NCBI GenBank assembly: GCA_043808155.1
Contig: JAZDFD010000035.1
Coordinates: 1-21,053, forward strand
Reading direction: 5' to 3'
Length of the DNA: 21,053 bases
Source of the DNA: Candidatus Iainarchaeum sp.
Lineage (GTDB): Archaea; Iainarchaeota; Iainarchaeia; Iainarchaeales; JAZDFD01
Position 1 is the first letter of the stretch; the number at the start of each line of letters is the position of its first letter. The position numbers were made by a program, and so were the translations under genes. Below the pieces are notes generated by a model, which ran no database searches, was not told where the DNA came from, and saw only the letters and a list, made by a program, of their open reading frames with translations. Below, piece after piece: positions 8,202 to 16,321 of the stretch.

Positions 8202-8603
8202 ATGTTAGAAGATTTTCTTAAATCAAATGATTTTTCTGCAGAATTTACATCACGCGCGCAGAAGGATTCACTTGCAAAATGCAACTTATTCTTTAGTGGA
8301 AATGAAGCTATTGTAAGCATAACTCATTTCAGAGAAACCCCCTCAATTGAAAAATTAGAAGCTGTTTCAGGATTAACGAATCTAAAAAAAGCAGATTCTG
8401 ATAAAACAGAACAAATCACGGGTTATGATTCTGATTCACTCCCGCCAATTTCAATTTACGGTGTAATTGTAATCATTGACAAAAAATTAATGGACAAAGA
8501 ATTTCTATTTTTTGAAATTGCAGAAGGAAAATTCCTGAAAATCAAACCCTCCAAGCTAATTGAATTAAATGAAGACTCTGAAATTGAAGAAATTTCTGTT
8601 TGA
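8202..8603 (+). CDS. YbaK/ProX-like aminoacyl-tRNA editing domain protein (degenerate)
   Basis: 'LAKCNLF' (conserved Lys), 'EQITGYDSDSLPPISIYGVIVIIDKKL' resembling TGYxxGGxPP..V+ID, and C-terminal 'LKIKPSKL'. Confidence 0.7.
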   Translation: MLEDFLKSNDFSAEFTSRAQKDSLAKCNLFFSGNEAIVSITHFRETPSIEKLEAVSGLTNLKKADSDKTEQITGYDSDSLPPISIYGVIVIIDKKLMDKEFLFFEIAEGKFLKIKPSKLIELNEDSEIEEISV

Positions 8604-8634
8604 AAATTTAATTGCTAAATTTAAGCTGAAAAAA

Positions 8635-9861
8635 TCATTTAGAAAAAGCATCTGTTATTATTTTCAGAGTGTCAATAAACAAATCAATTTCTTCTTTTGT
8701 ATTGTAAAGATAAAATGATGCTCTCGCCAAACCCGTGTGATTTAATCTTGACATTAAAGGATGTGAACAATGGAAACCGCTTCTTACTGCAATGTTTTCT
8801 GCTTCATCTAATGATAATGCAACATCATGTGCATCTATCCCATCCACTGCAAACAAAATAATTCCGACCTGCTTTTCAGAATCTTTTGGAGTGTAAACAT
8901 TAATTCCTTTAATTTCCTGAATTCTTTCCAGTGCGTGATTTGTAAGTTCTTTCTCGTGTTTTCTGATGTCAGCCATTCCAATACGTTCTAAATAGTCAAC
9001 TGCTGCTTTCATACCATATGCGCCTGCAATGTCTGGTGTTCCTGCCTCAAACTTTCCCGGAAGTTTTGCCCATGTGCTTTTTTCAATTGTAACATCCTCA
9101 ATCATCCCGCCTCCGTAAAGAAATGGCGGCATCTCTTCAAGAATTTCTTTTTTTCCGTACAGCCCGCCTATTCCTGACGGAGCTAACATCTTATGGCCTG
9201 AAAAAGCAAAGAAATCTGCATCAATTTTTTTAACATCAAGTTTAATATGCGGTGCACTTTGAGCACCATCCACTAAACAATAAGAATTTTTCTCATGCGC
9301 AATTTTGCATATTTCTTTCACATCATTAATTGTTCCGATTGTATTTGATGCGTGTGCCACTGCGACCATTTTTGTTTTATCTGTGATTTTATTTTCCAAA
9401 TCTTCCATATTTAAAGTAAAATCATCATTAATTTCAACAACTTTCAATTCAATTCCGACTTTGTCACGCAAAAATTGCCAAGGCACAAAATTAGAATGAT
9501 GTTCCATAATTGTAGTTACAATTTCATCCCCCTTCTTAAAATAATCATCCACAAAAAGAGAATACATCACTGTGTTAATTGATTCAGTTGTGTTTCTGGT
9601 AAAAATCATTTCTTCAGGTTTTGAATTGATGAATTTTGCAGTGGTTTTTGTCGCATTGTCAAAAACACGCGATGCTTCCTCACTCATTTTATGAACTCCG
9701 CGGTGAATATTTGCTTTTGCACCGTGAAAATATTCACAACAGGCATCTACAACCTGAACTGGTATTAATGAAGTTGCTGTATTATCCAAATATACTATTT
9801 TTTTGCCGTCGTATTTTTTTTCAAGAATTGGAAAATCTGCTCTTATTCTCTTAACATCCAT
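8635..9861 (-). CDS. sufS: Cysteine desulfurase, SufS/CsdA (group II)
   Basis: IRADFPIL, YLDNTAT, ANIHRG, EHHSN, DGAQS, FSGHKM (PLP Lys), FEAGTP, RSGFHCSHPL catalytic Cys loop. Confidence 0.95.
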   Translation of the reverse strand: MDVKRIRADFPILEKKYDGKKIVYLDNTATSLIPVQVVDACCEYFHGAKANIHRGVHKMSEEASRVFDNATKTTAKFINSKPEEMIFTRNTTESINTVMYSLFVDDYFKKGDEIVTTIMEHHSNFVPWQFLRDKVGIELKVVEINDDFTLNMEDLENKITDKTKMVAVAHASNTIGTINDVKEICKIAHEKNSYCLVDGAQSAPHIKLDVKKIDADFFAFSGHKMLAPSGIGGLYGKKEILEEMPPFLYGGGMIEDVTIEKSTWAKLPGKFEAGTPDIAGAYGMKAAVDYLERIGMADIRKHEKELTNHALERIQEIKGINVYTPKDSEKQVGIILFAVDGIDAHDVALSLDEAENIAVRSGFHCSHPLMSRLNHTGLARASFYLYNTKEEIDLFIDTLKIITDAFSK

Positions 9862-9875
9862 GGTATTTTAAGGTC

Positions 9876-9893
9876 TCAAAAACTTTAAAAATC
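9876..9893. promoter_or_regulatory. Shared/bidirectional TATA box for leaderless sufS and PHP genes
   Basis: Palindromic TTTAAA at 9884-9889 lies 22 nt from the sufS ATG and 24 nt from the PHP ATG; neither gene has an SD. Confidence 0.55.
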
Positions 9894-9913
9894 CGAACTA
9901 ACTCAGTACTATC

Positions 9914-10579
9914 ATGCCCCTGCGTATTGATATGCACATGCATTCTCATTATTCCTGTGACGCAATCACTAAACCTGAAACAATGATTAAAACTGCAAAA
10001 AAGAAGAATCTCGGAATTGCAATAACTGATCACAATAACTGCAAAGCATGGGGTGAACTCAAATCACTTGCAAAGCAACATAATGTTCCCTTAATTCTCG
10101 GAGAAGAAATAAAAGTATTTGATAAAGGAAAAGTTATTGGAGAACTCCTCGGCTTTTTTATGAACCACGAAGCTGAACCCGCTCCATATTTAGATGTAAT
10201 AGATGCACTCCATGCACAGGACGCTTTTGTAAGCATCCCTCACCCTTTTGATACTTTTCGAAAACCTTTTCAGAGAATTGAACAAGTGAAACACAAAGTT
10301 GATGCAGTGGAAATTTTCAATGCCCGCGGATATACAAAATCATTTAATGAAGAAACAAAAGAGTTTGTAGAAAAAAACAAACTTGCATTTACTGCGGGTT
10401 CTGATGCACACACACCTGAAGAAATCGGAAACGCATACATCGAAGCCGAAGCAACTGATTTGGAAGAGTTCAGAAAGTTATTAAAGAAAGGAAATGTGAA
10501 ATATAATGGTGAATTAGCACCATTCACAGTGCATATAAAAACCCAGCTTGCCAAGTATGGAATCTTAAAACCGAGATGA
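9914..10579 (+). CDS. PHP-domain metal-dependent phosphoesterase
   Basis: DMHMHSHYSCD, IAITDHN, GEEI, PHPF, VEIFN, AGSDAH motifs. Confidence 0.93.
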   Translation: MPLRIDMHMHSHYSCDAITKPETMIKTAKKKNLGIAITDHNNCKAWGELKSLAKQHNVPLILGEEIKVFDKGKVIGELLGFFMNHEAEPAPYLDVIDALHAQDAFVSIPHPFDTFRKPFQRIEQVKHKVDAVEIFNARGYTKSFNEETKEFVEKNKLAFTAGSDAHTPEEIGNAYIEAEATDLEEFRKLLKKGNVKYNGELAPFTVHIKTQLAKYGILKPR

Positions 10580-10583
10580 TTTT

Positions 10584-11225
10584 ATGATAGGCCAACTCCG
10601 TGACAAAGTAAAAAAATCATTCTTACTCCTTGCAAAACCATTCGTAGCTTTGCGCATTCATCCAAACATTGTGTCTTTCCTCGGAATTCCTCTCGCATTA
10701 ATTTCCGCATATTTCATTCTTCAAAACGATTTCACTTTTGCATTAATTTTCGCAGTTCTCGCAGTAACAATGGATATGATTGACGGAAGTGTTGCAAAAC
10801 TCCTCAACAAACGCTCAAACTTCGGAAACTATTTTGAAACAATGATTGACAAAATTGTTGAAGTAATTCTAATTGCACCTTTTGCACTTCTTTATCCCCT
10901 CCCTGCATTTCTCGCAATTTCATTCTCATTAATTGCAAGCTATGCAAAACCAAGAGTTGCACTTGTGATTATAACTGATAACAGAGATTGGTCAGCAATA
11001 GGGGAACACGGAGACAGACTTTTGCTTTTGCTTTCAGGAATATTCATTTCAATTTTCTATCCCGTAATAAACTCAATCCCCGTAATGGAATTAGTCCTAT
11101 ATTTAATTTTCGCAATCACTTTAATTGGCACAGTGCAAAGAATCCTCTATGCAAAAAAACTAATTTCAGAAGCAGAAAAGAAAGGAACTTTGCTCCCTTA
11201 CATTAAAGAAAAAAAAGAACGATAA
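10584..11225 (+). CDS. CDP-alcohol phosphatidyltransferase family (archaetidylinositol-phosphate synthase/PgsA-like)
   Basis: 'IHPNIVS', DMIDGSVAK-x8-G-x3-E-x3-D motif, SYAKPR, multiple TM helices, 'TVQRI'; 4 nt downstream of the PHP gene. Confidence 0.88.
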   Translation: MIGQLRDKVKKSFLLLAKPFVALRIHPNIVSFLGIPLALISAYFILQNDFTFALIFAVLAVTMDMIDGSVAKLLNKRSNFGNYFETMIDKIVEVILIAPFALLYPLPAFLAISFSLIASYAKPRVALVIITDNRDWSAIGEHGDRLLLLLSGIFISIFYPVINSIPVMELVLYLIFAITLIGTVQRILYAKKLISEAEKKGTLLPYIKEKKER

Positions 11226-11235
11226 AATGCACTAA

Positions 11236-12363
11236 CTATTTCTTAAAAATTTTATTTAACTCACTAATCAAAGTATCAATATCCTGTTCATTGTTATACA
11301 TGTGAGTTGAAACCCTGAGTCCTTTGCCTCTTGCAGAGACTCTGATATTTTTTTTATGTAATTTGTTAACAGTTTTTAATGCATCATCCATTTTTACAAT
11401 TGTAATTCCTGATCTGTATTTCTTTTCAATAGGTGATGTAATTTCATAACTATTTTCTATGAGTTTTTCATGTAAATAATCACTCAAATAATAAATTCTT
11501 TTTTCAATATTTTCTTTTCCTATTTCATTTAACAAATCTATTGCACCTCCTAAAGAAAAAATAAGTGAAAAGGGATGACAACCAACTTCAAGCGCAGTAG
11601 TGGTTGGTCTTATATCCAAGTGTCTGTTATCTGTAGGATATGAATCATATGTACTTTGCCAGCCAATACGGGGGTAATGTAGTCTTTTAGTCCATTTTTT
11701 ATTCATGTATAAAAGTCCTACGCCATAATTGGCGCAAAGCCACTTAAATCCCGAAGCAACCAAAAAATCAATTTTACTTTTTTTAACATCTATGGGAAAT
11801 GCACCTGCAGACTGTGTTGCATTAACAACAAAAATCAAATCTTTTTCTTCACAAAACTCCCCTAGTTCATTCAAATCCTGTTTGAACCCTGTGCTTGATT
11901 GAACATGACTTGTTACTAAAATCCTTGTTTTATTTGTTATTTTTTTACTAATTTTTTCTGTTGTGTAAACGTCTTTATCTGGCATTACAAATCTGACTTT
12001 GTATTTTCTGTTTAACCATGGAAACGTTGATGATGGAAATTCATCATGCATTGTTATAACTTCTCCCTTGCCTTTCAGCATTAGTGCGAATAAATTCATA
12101 CCTACTGAGGTATTTTTTGTAAATGCAACTTCCCCCATATCTGCGTTAATGAATTTTGTAACAGGTTTTCTGATTTTTTCCTTTTTAATCTGCCACTCAT
12201 CCCAATGATCTCCAAAATTGACAACTTGGTCATAAAATTTAGCAGATTCATTTGCAGCTCTTTTGGAAATAGGGGCACCACCCGCGGTATTGAGATAAAC
12301 GAGATTTTTTGCTGCAGGAAATTCATCTCTGACTTTTTCCCAAAACTCGTAATTTTTTTCCAT
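11236..12363 (-). CDS. Aminotransferase class V PLP enzyme (cystine lyase C-DES/CefD/EgtE-like; no catalytic Cys loop)
   Basis: RDEFP, YLNTAGGAP, NTSVG, EFPS, SHVQ, ATQSAG, SGFKWL (PLP Lys), LRVSTHMYNNEQDID. Confidence 0.88.
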   Translation of the reverse strand: MEKNYEFWEKVRDEFPAAKNLVYLNTAGGAPISKRAANESAKFYDQVVNFGDHWDEWQIKKEKIRKPVTKFINADMGEVAFTKNTSVGMNLFALMLKGKGEVITMHDEFPSSTFPWLNRKYKVRFVMPDKDVYTTEKISKKITNKTRILVTSHVQSSTGFKQDLNELGEFCEEKDLIFVVNATQSAGAFPIDVKKSKIDFLVASGFKWLCANYGVGLLYMNKKWTKRLHYPRIGWQSTYDSYPTDNRHLDIRPTTTALEVGCHPFSLIFSLGGAIDLLNEIGKENIEKRIYYLSDYLHEKLIENSYEITSPIEKKYRSGITIVKMDDALKTVNKLHKKNIRVSARGKGLRVSTHMYNNEQDIDTLISELNKIFKK

Positions 12364-12555
12364 TATCTCACTTTATTAACAATCAGAATTATCCATTTTC
12401 TATCCCAAAAGGTTAAAATATCCACTTGTTTAATTTTTGCTTATTGAAACATTTTTTGGGGAAAATATGTCTCTTGCAATCTGTTTAAATCTGCATTACT
12501 GCTTTTTGAATTTTGCTTTGGAAACCTATTTATTCTGGAAACGCGTGTTTAATAT

Positions 12556-13371
12556 ATGCCGTCAGCTAAAAAACCACGCTCACTTTTTGAGTTAATGAAA
12601 ACCCGCGGAACTCAAAATCCGCCGATTCTGAGAAAAATTAGCCTATTGGTAAAGCCTGTGTCCATGATGTCACCAGACGAATATTTTTGTCATTATTATC
12701 ACCTCAAAATGTCAACAAGAGAAACAATAAGGGCCTTAACGAAAAATCCTGGTGTTACCACAAAGGAAAGATTTCAATTTATGATAGACAATCATAGAAC
12801 AATGGCAGGCCCTCTGGATTATATGTTAAATCACCGAGGGTTGATCAATGGGCTTGACGCAGTTGGAATTCCTGAAAATGCTACTATCGTAAGTTATGGT
12901 GCTGGTTTAATGCAACACGAAAGTTTTCTTTTAAAAAAATATCCTCAAATTAAACATTTTATTGGGGTAGAATCCCTTGATAATTTTGCTAAACTAACCC
13001 CTAAAGTTTGTAAGTCAATTATGGGCAATGATTGGGAAAAGAAAATTACTGTAAAACCTGGTTTTTTTGAAAGTTCTCCTGAAATCAAGGATGCTTCCGC
13101 AGATGGCATTATTAGCACAGAAGCATTTCACCATGTTGTGGACATTGAAAAAGCAGCTAAAAATTTTCATAGAGTCTTGAAAGACAATGGCTTTCTTGTT
13201 TTTGTTTATCGTCCTTTAGGTAGGACTGATCCACCAAAACCAGATGAAATACAAAATGTTTTCAGCAGAGCAGGATTTAATTTGGTACGTGGAGAAATAA
13301 TGAATCATATCCCTGGTGATGAAGGAAGTACACTTTATATGATGGCATTTAAAAAAATAAATTCTGGTTAA
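12556..13371 (+). CDS. Class I SAM-dependent methyltransferase with N-terminal extension
   Basis: Motif I variant IVSYGAGLM, FIGVE, 'DASADGIISTEAFHHVVD', 'FHRVLKDNGFLVF'. Confidence 0.85.
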   Translation: MPSAKKPRSLFELMKTRGTQNPPILRKISLLVKPVSMMSPDEYFCHYYHLKMSTRETIRALTKNPGVTTKERFQFMIDNHRTMAGPLDYMLNHRGLINGLDAVGIPENATIVSYGAGLMQHESFLLKKYPQIKHFIGVESLDNFAKLTPKVCKSIMGNDWEKKITVKPGFFESSPEIKDASADGIISTEAFHHVVDIEKAAKNFHRVLKDNGFLVFVYRPLGRTDPPKPDEIQNVFSRAGFNLVRGEIMNHIPGDEGSTLYMMAFKKINSG

Positions 13372-13424
13372 TCTTTTAATTATTTTTAAATAACCCTCGC
13401 CTCCATGTTATTTCAGGTGATTCA

Positions 13425-13751
13425 ATGGAAGAAATATCATTTAATGAGTTTAAGAAAATGGATTTGAGAGTTGCAAAAATAAGCAATGTGGAAGACTTAG
13501 AAGGAAAAGACAAGCTCTATAAAATAACAATTGATACTGGGGAAGAGAAAACAATTGTTGCGGGTATAAAACTATTTTACACTAAAGAAGAGCTTCAGGG
13601 TAAAAATATCATTGTAGTGAACAATATGAAACCCGCACTCATCAGCGGAGTAAAAAGCAATGCAATGCTCCTTGCAGTTCAGGGTGAGGACGGGAAATAT
13701 GTCTTAGTCACAACTGACAAAGAAGTACAAGCAGGTTCCAAGGTTGAATAA
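13425..13751 (+). CDS. Stand-alone tRNA-binding OB-fold protein (Trbp111/CsaA/EMAP II-like, MetRS C-terminal domain)
   Basis: ISFNEFKKMDLRVAKI, DKLY, TIVAGI, NMKPA..GVKSNAMLLA, AGSKVE; AGGTGA SD. Confidence 0.92.
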   Translation: MEEISFNEFKKMDLRVAKISNVEDLEGKDKLYKITIDTGEEKTIVAGIKLFYTKEELQGKNIIVVNNMKPALISGVKSNAMLLAVQGEDGKYVLVTTDKEVQAGSKVE

Positions 13752-13807
13752 GCCGAAGCAGGTTCCAAGGTTGAATAAGCAGATGCTGGCTCCAAGGCTG
13801 ATTAATC
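13729..13807 (+). repeat. 27-bp-period tandem triplication of the gene 3' end including the stop codon
   Basis: AAGCAGGTTCCAAGGTTGAATAAGC at 13729-13753 and 13756-13780 (identical); diverged ATGCTGGCTCCAAGGCTGATTAATC at 13783-13807. Confidence 0.95.
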
Positions 13808-13857
13808 CAGAAAACTTATTAACAACTTAAGCACTATTCTATAATAGGGGGATTTTT

Positions 13858-14226
13858 ATGGGGGACATTTACATAAACACATCACTTTTTCCTTACAGGT
13901 TAAGCCTGTCTCAGGACAGAAAAGCTGCAATGGATCTAACTATTGAATTAAAGAATCAGGGAGATTCTGAAAAAATGGTTTCTATGGATTTAATACTCCC
14001 TGAAACTTTCGGTGCAGACAAAACAGGAATGATGAGACAATTCAGTAAGAAATTAGATTCATTAAAAGCAGGAACTTCGGCATCAATTGTTATCCCGTTA
14101 TATCTGTCCGGAAGAGCAAGACAAGGGGAATATACTGCCTCTTTGAAAATTTCTGAGTATTTCAATAATTACAACTACCTAACTAAAACCTACTCAAAAA
14201 AGCTTATTTTGAGGGTTGTAGACTGA
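13858..14226 (+). CDS. Hypothetical single Ig-like beta-sandwich protein without signal peptide
   Basis: 'LTIELKNQGD...LDSLKAG...GEYTASLKI' pattern like CARDB/NEW3 domains; GGGGGA SD. Confidence 0.75.
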   Translation: MGDIYINTSLFPYRLSLSQDRKAAMDLTIELKNQGDSEKMVSMDLILPETFGADKTGMMRQFSKKLDSLKAGTSASIVIPLYLSGRARQGEYTASLKISEYFNNYNYLTKTYSKKLILRVVD

Positions 14227-14310
14227 AAATTTCCACCCATATATATACTTTTCCTCATGTGTCAAGATTTAAATACTCTATTAAATATACATTAAACTCG
14301 GGGGCAAGCT

Positions 14311-14955
14311 ATGAATCACATTGTCAAACGAAGAGCAAGACTGGAAGATTACGTGCAGATTGGTGCATTGTTAGAAGCTAACTCTGCAGAATGGAAACCA
14401 ATGTGGACAGCGAAGCGAACAGCAAATCAGATTGACCTCTTTTCAAAAGGCATGTTAGATGCATTTGTTCTTGTTGATAAAAAACTGAATAAAATTGTGG
14501 GTTATATCAGTTACTCAGTTGATGAAACTTATTTTTCAAAATATATTGCAAAGCACAAACTTGCAAGATACTTAATCCCTGGAAATTTTGTATGCGGAAT
14601 CCATCAGGTTATCATGGTTGATCCATTATACAGAAAAATGGGTCTTGGTGCAAAATTAACCAAAACAATGATGCACGATATGAAAAGAAAAGGTGCAGAT
14701 TTCCTTTATTACATACGCCATGAAAAGAATTTATCAGGAAAAATCCTTGATGCAATTTCGGGTGTTAAAATGATTGCAATCTTCATAGATCCCTGGAGAG
14801 GGGAATCTTACATGAAAACCCGTTTCTTAGTAAAAGGAATTTCAGGTTCAGCAAACAAACTTGTTAAAACACTTGAAAAAGCAAATATTCTCCAGTATCC
14901 TCTTTCTAAAAATGAACAGAAAAAAGTAGAGAAAAAATTAACAAACAAGAACTGA
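14311..14955 (+). CDS. GNAT family N-acetyltransferase
   Basis: VKRRARLEDY start, IVGYI, acetyl-CoA loop IMVDPLYRKMGLGAKL; GGGGG SD; TTTAAATA box upstream. Confidence 0.85.
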   Translation: MNHIVKRRARLEDYVQIGALLEANSAEWKPMWTAKRTANQIDLFSKGMLDAFVLVDKKLNKIVGYISYSVDETYFSKYIAKHKLARYLIPGNFVCGIHQVIMVDPLYRKMGLGAKLTKTMMHDMKRKGADFLYYIRHEKNLSGKILDAISGVKMIAIFIDPWRGESYMKTRFLVKGISGSANKLVKTLEKANILQYPLSKNEQKKVEKKLTNKN

Positions 14956-15009
14956 TTATACAAATAAAGTACAGAAAACCTTTAACTTCTCAGAAGAAGC
15001 AAATAATAA

Positions 15010-16272
15010 GTGAACATTCCAAAAAAGCTTAACATTCTGTCAATTGGAGAATACCCTCCTTTTCCTGGGGGTTCTTCCGGGGGCGGGTTGAGTGTTTGTG
15101 AAGAATTAACAAAATTGGGTCACCATGTTACAATCGTTACTCAAACAGTATCTGGAAAAGAATTTCCAACACATTCAAAAATTAAGTTTGTTCCGGTTGA
15201 AACAAAAAGAGTACTTGATGTTGATCCAAAACTTTATGAGATTATAAGATGGCACAAACAGTTCAGAGGATTGGGTGGAGAAATTGCCAGAATTCCATTT
15301 GTTGAAGCAATGAAAAGAGAAATAAAACAACAAAGACCAGATGTTATACTGGTTAATTATGGCGTGCCTTATTTACATTTTGTACTGCCTCTGGCAAAAA
15401 AAGAAAAAATTCCTGTCATAACAATTTTGTCAGGTTCAGATGTTCATACTCTTCCAACAAGGCCATATAGGAAAGTAAAAAAACCTCTTCTAAATGCGTA
15501 TCGTAATTCGGACGGACTCATAACAATTTCAGACTATTTAAAAAATATTCTTCATCAGTTAGGTGTGAAAAATGCTGTTACAATTAGAAATGCAATTGAT
15601 ACAACTGTTTTTCATCCCTTAGATCCACGTGAAAAAGCAAAAGAACGAGCAGAGCTTGGAATTCGTGAAAACGAGACTGTGTTTGTTCATGTTTCAACAT
15701 TAAAACCAATAAAAGATCCTCTTAGAATAGTAGAAGCTGCTGCAATTGCTCTTAGAAAAAATCCTAATTTGCATTTTTTAATAGTTGGAGATGGGGAATT
15801 ACGAGGTGCAATGGAAAAACTTGCACAGGAAAAAAATGTCAGGAACAAGTTCAAATTTGTTGGAACACAAAAACCAGATAGGGTTAGAAAATATCTTGGT
15901 TTAGCAGATTGTTTTGTGATATCTTCATTAAATGAGGGGCTTGCAAATGTTATTCTCGAAGCTCAGGCTGTAGGAATTCCTACAATTGCAAGCATTGCAG
16001 GAGCCATGCCTGAAATAGTAAAGCACAATGAAACAGGGCTGTTATTCGAACCAAGAAATGCTGAGGATTTTGCAAAGTGCATGGTTCAAATGTCTAACCC
16101 GACTGTTCGTGAACGTCTGACAAGGAATGCGCGTAAAGCGTCAAAAAATATTTCGCTTGAAAAAATGGGTCAGATATACCACGAATTTATTCTAAGGACA
16201 ATAGCACTTCATGAATCACGAGGTAAGCACATTCCACGAGAACACCTTCCAACGGGACCAAGACGGCATTAA
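15010..16272 (+). CDS. Glycosyltransferase family 4 (GT-B, retaining)
   Basis: EYPPFPGG, LGHHVTIVT, RPDVIL, GSDV, IRNAID, IVGDG, EGLANVILE (E-x7-E), HNETGLL; GTG start. Confidence 0.92.
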   Translation: MNIPKKLNILSIGEYPPFPGGSSGGGLSVCEELTKLGHHVTIVTQTVSGKEFPTHSKIKFVPVETKRVLDVDPKLYEIIRWHKQFRGLGGEIARIPFVEAMKREIKQQRPDVILVNYGVPYLHFVLPLAKKEKIPVITILSGSDVHTLPTRPYRKVKKPLLNAYRNSDGLITISDYLKNILHQLGVKNAVTIRNAIDTTVFHPLDPREKAKERAELGIRENETVFVHVSTLKPIKDPLRIVEAAAIALRKNPNLHFLIVGDGELRGAMEKLAQEKNVRNKFKFVGTQKPDRVRKYLGLADCFVISSLNEGLANVILEAQAVGIPTIASIAGAMPEIVKHNETGLLFEPRNAEDFAKCMVQMSNPTVRERLTRNARKASKNISLEKMGQIYHEFILRTIALHESRGKHIPREHLPTGPRRH

Positions 16273-16321
16273 AATAAACTAATTAAAACAATTTTAAAAT
16301 AATGTTCTGATTTCCAAATTC

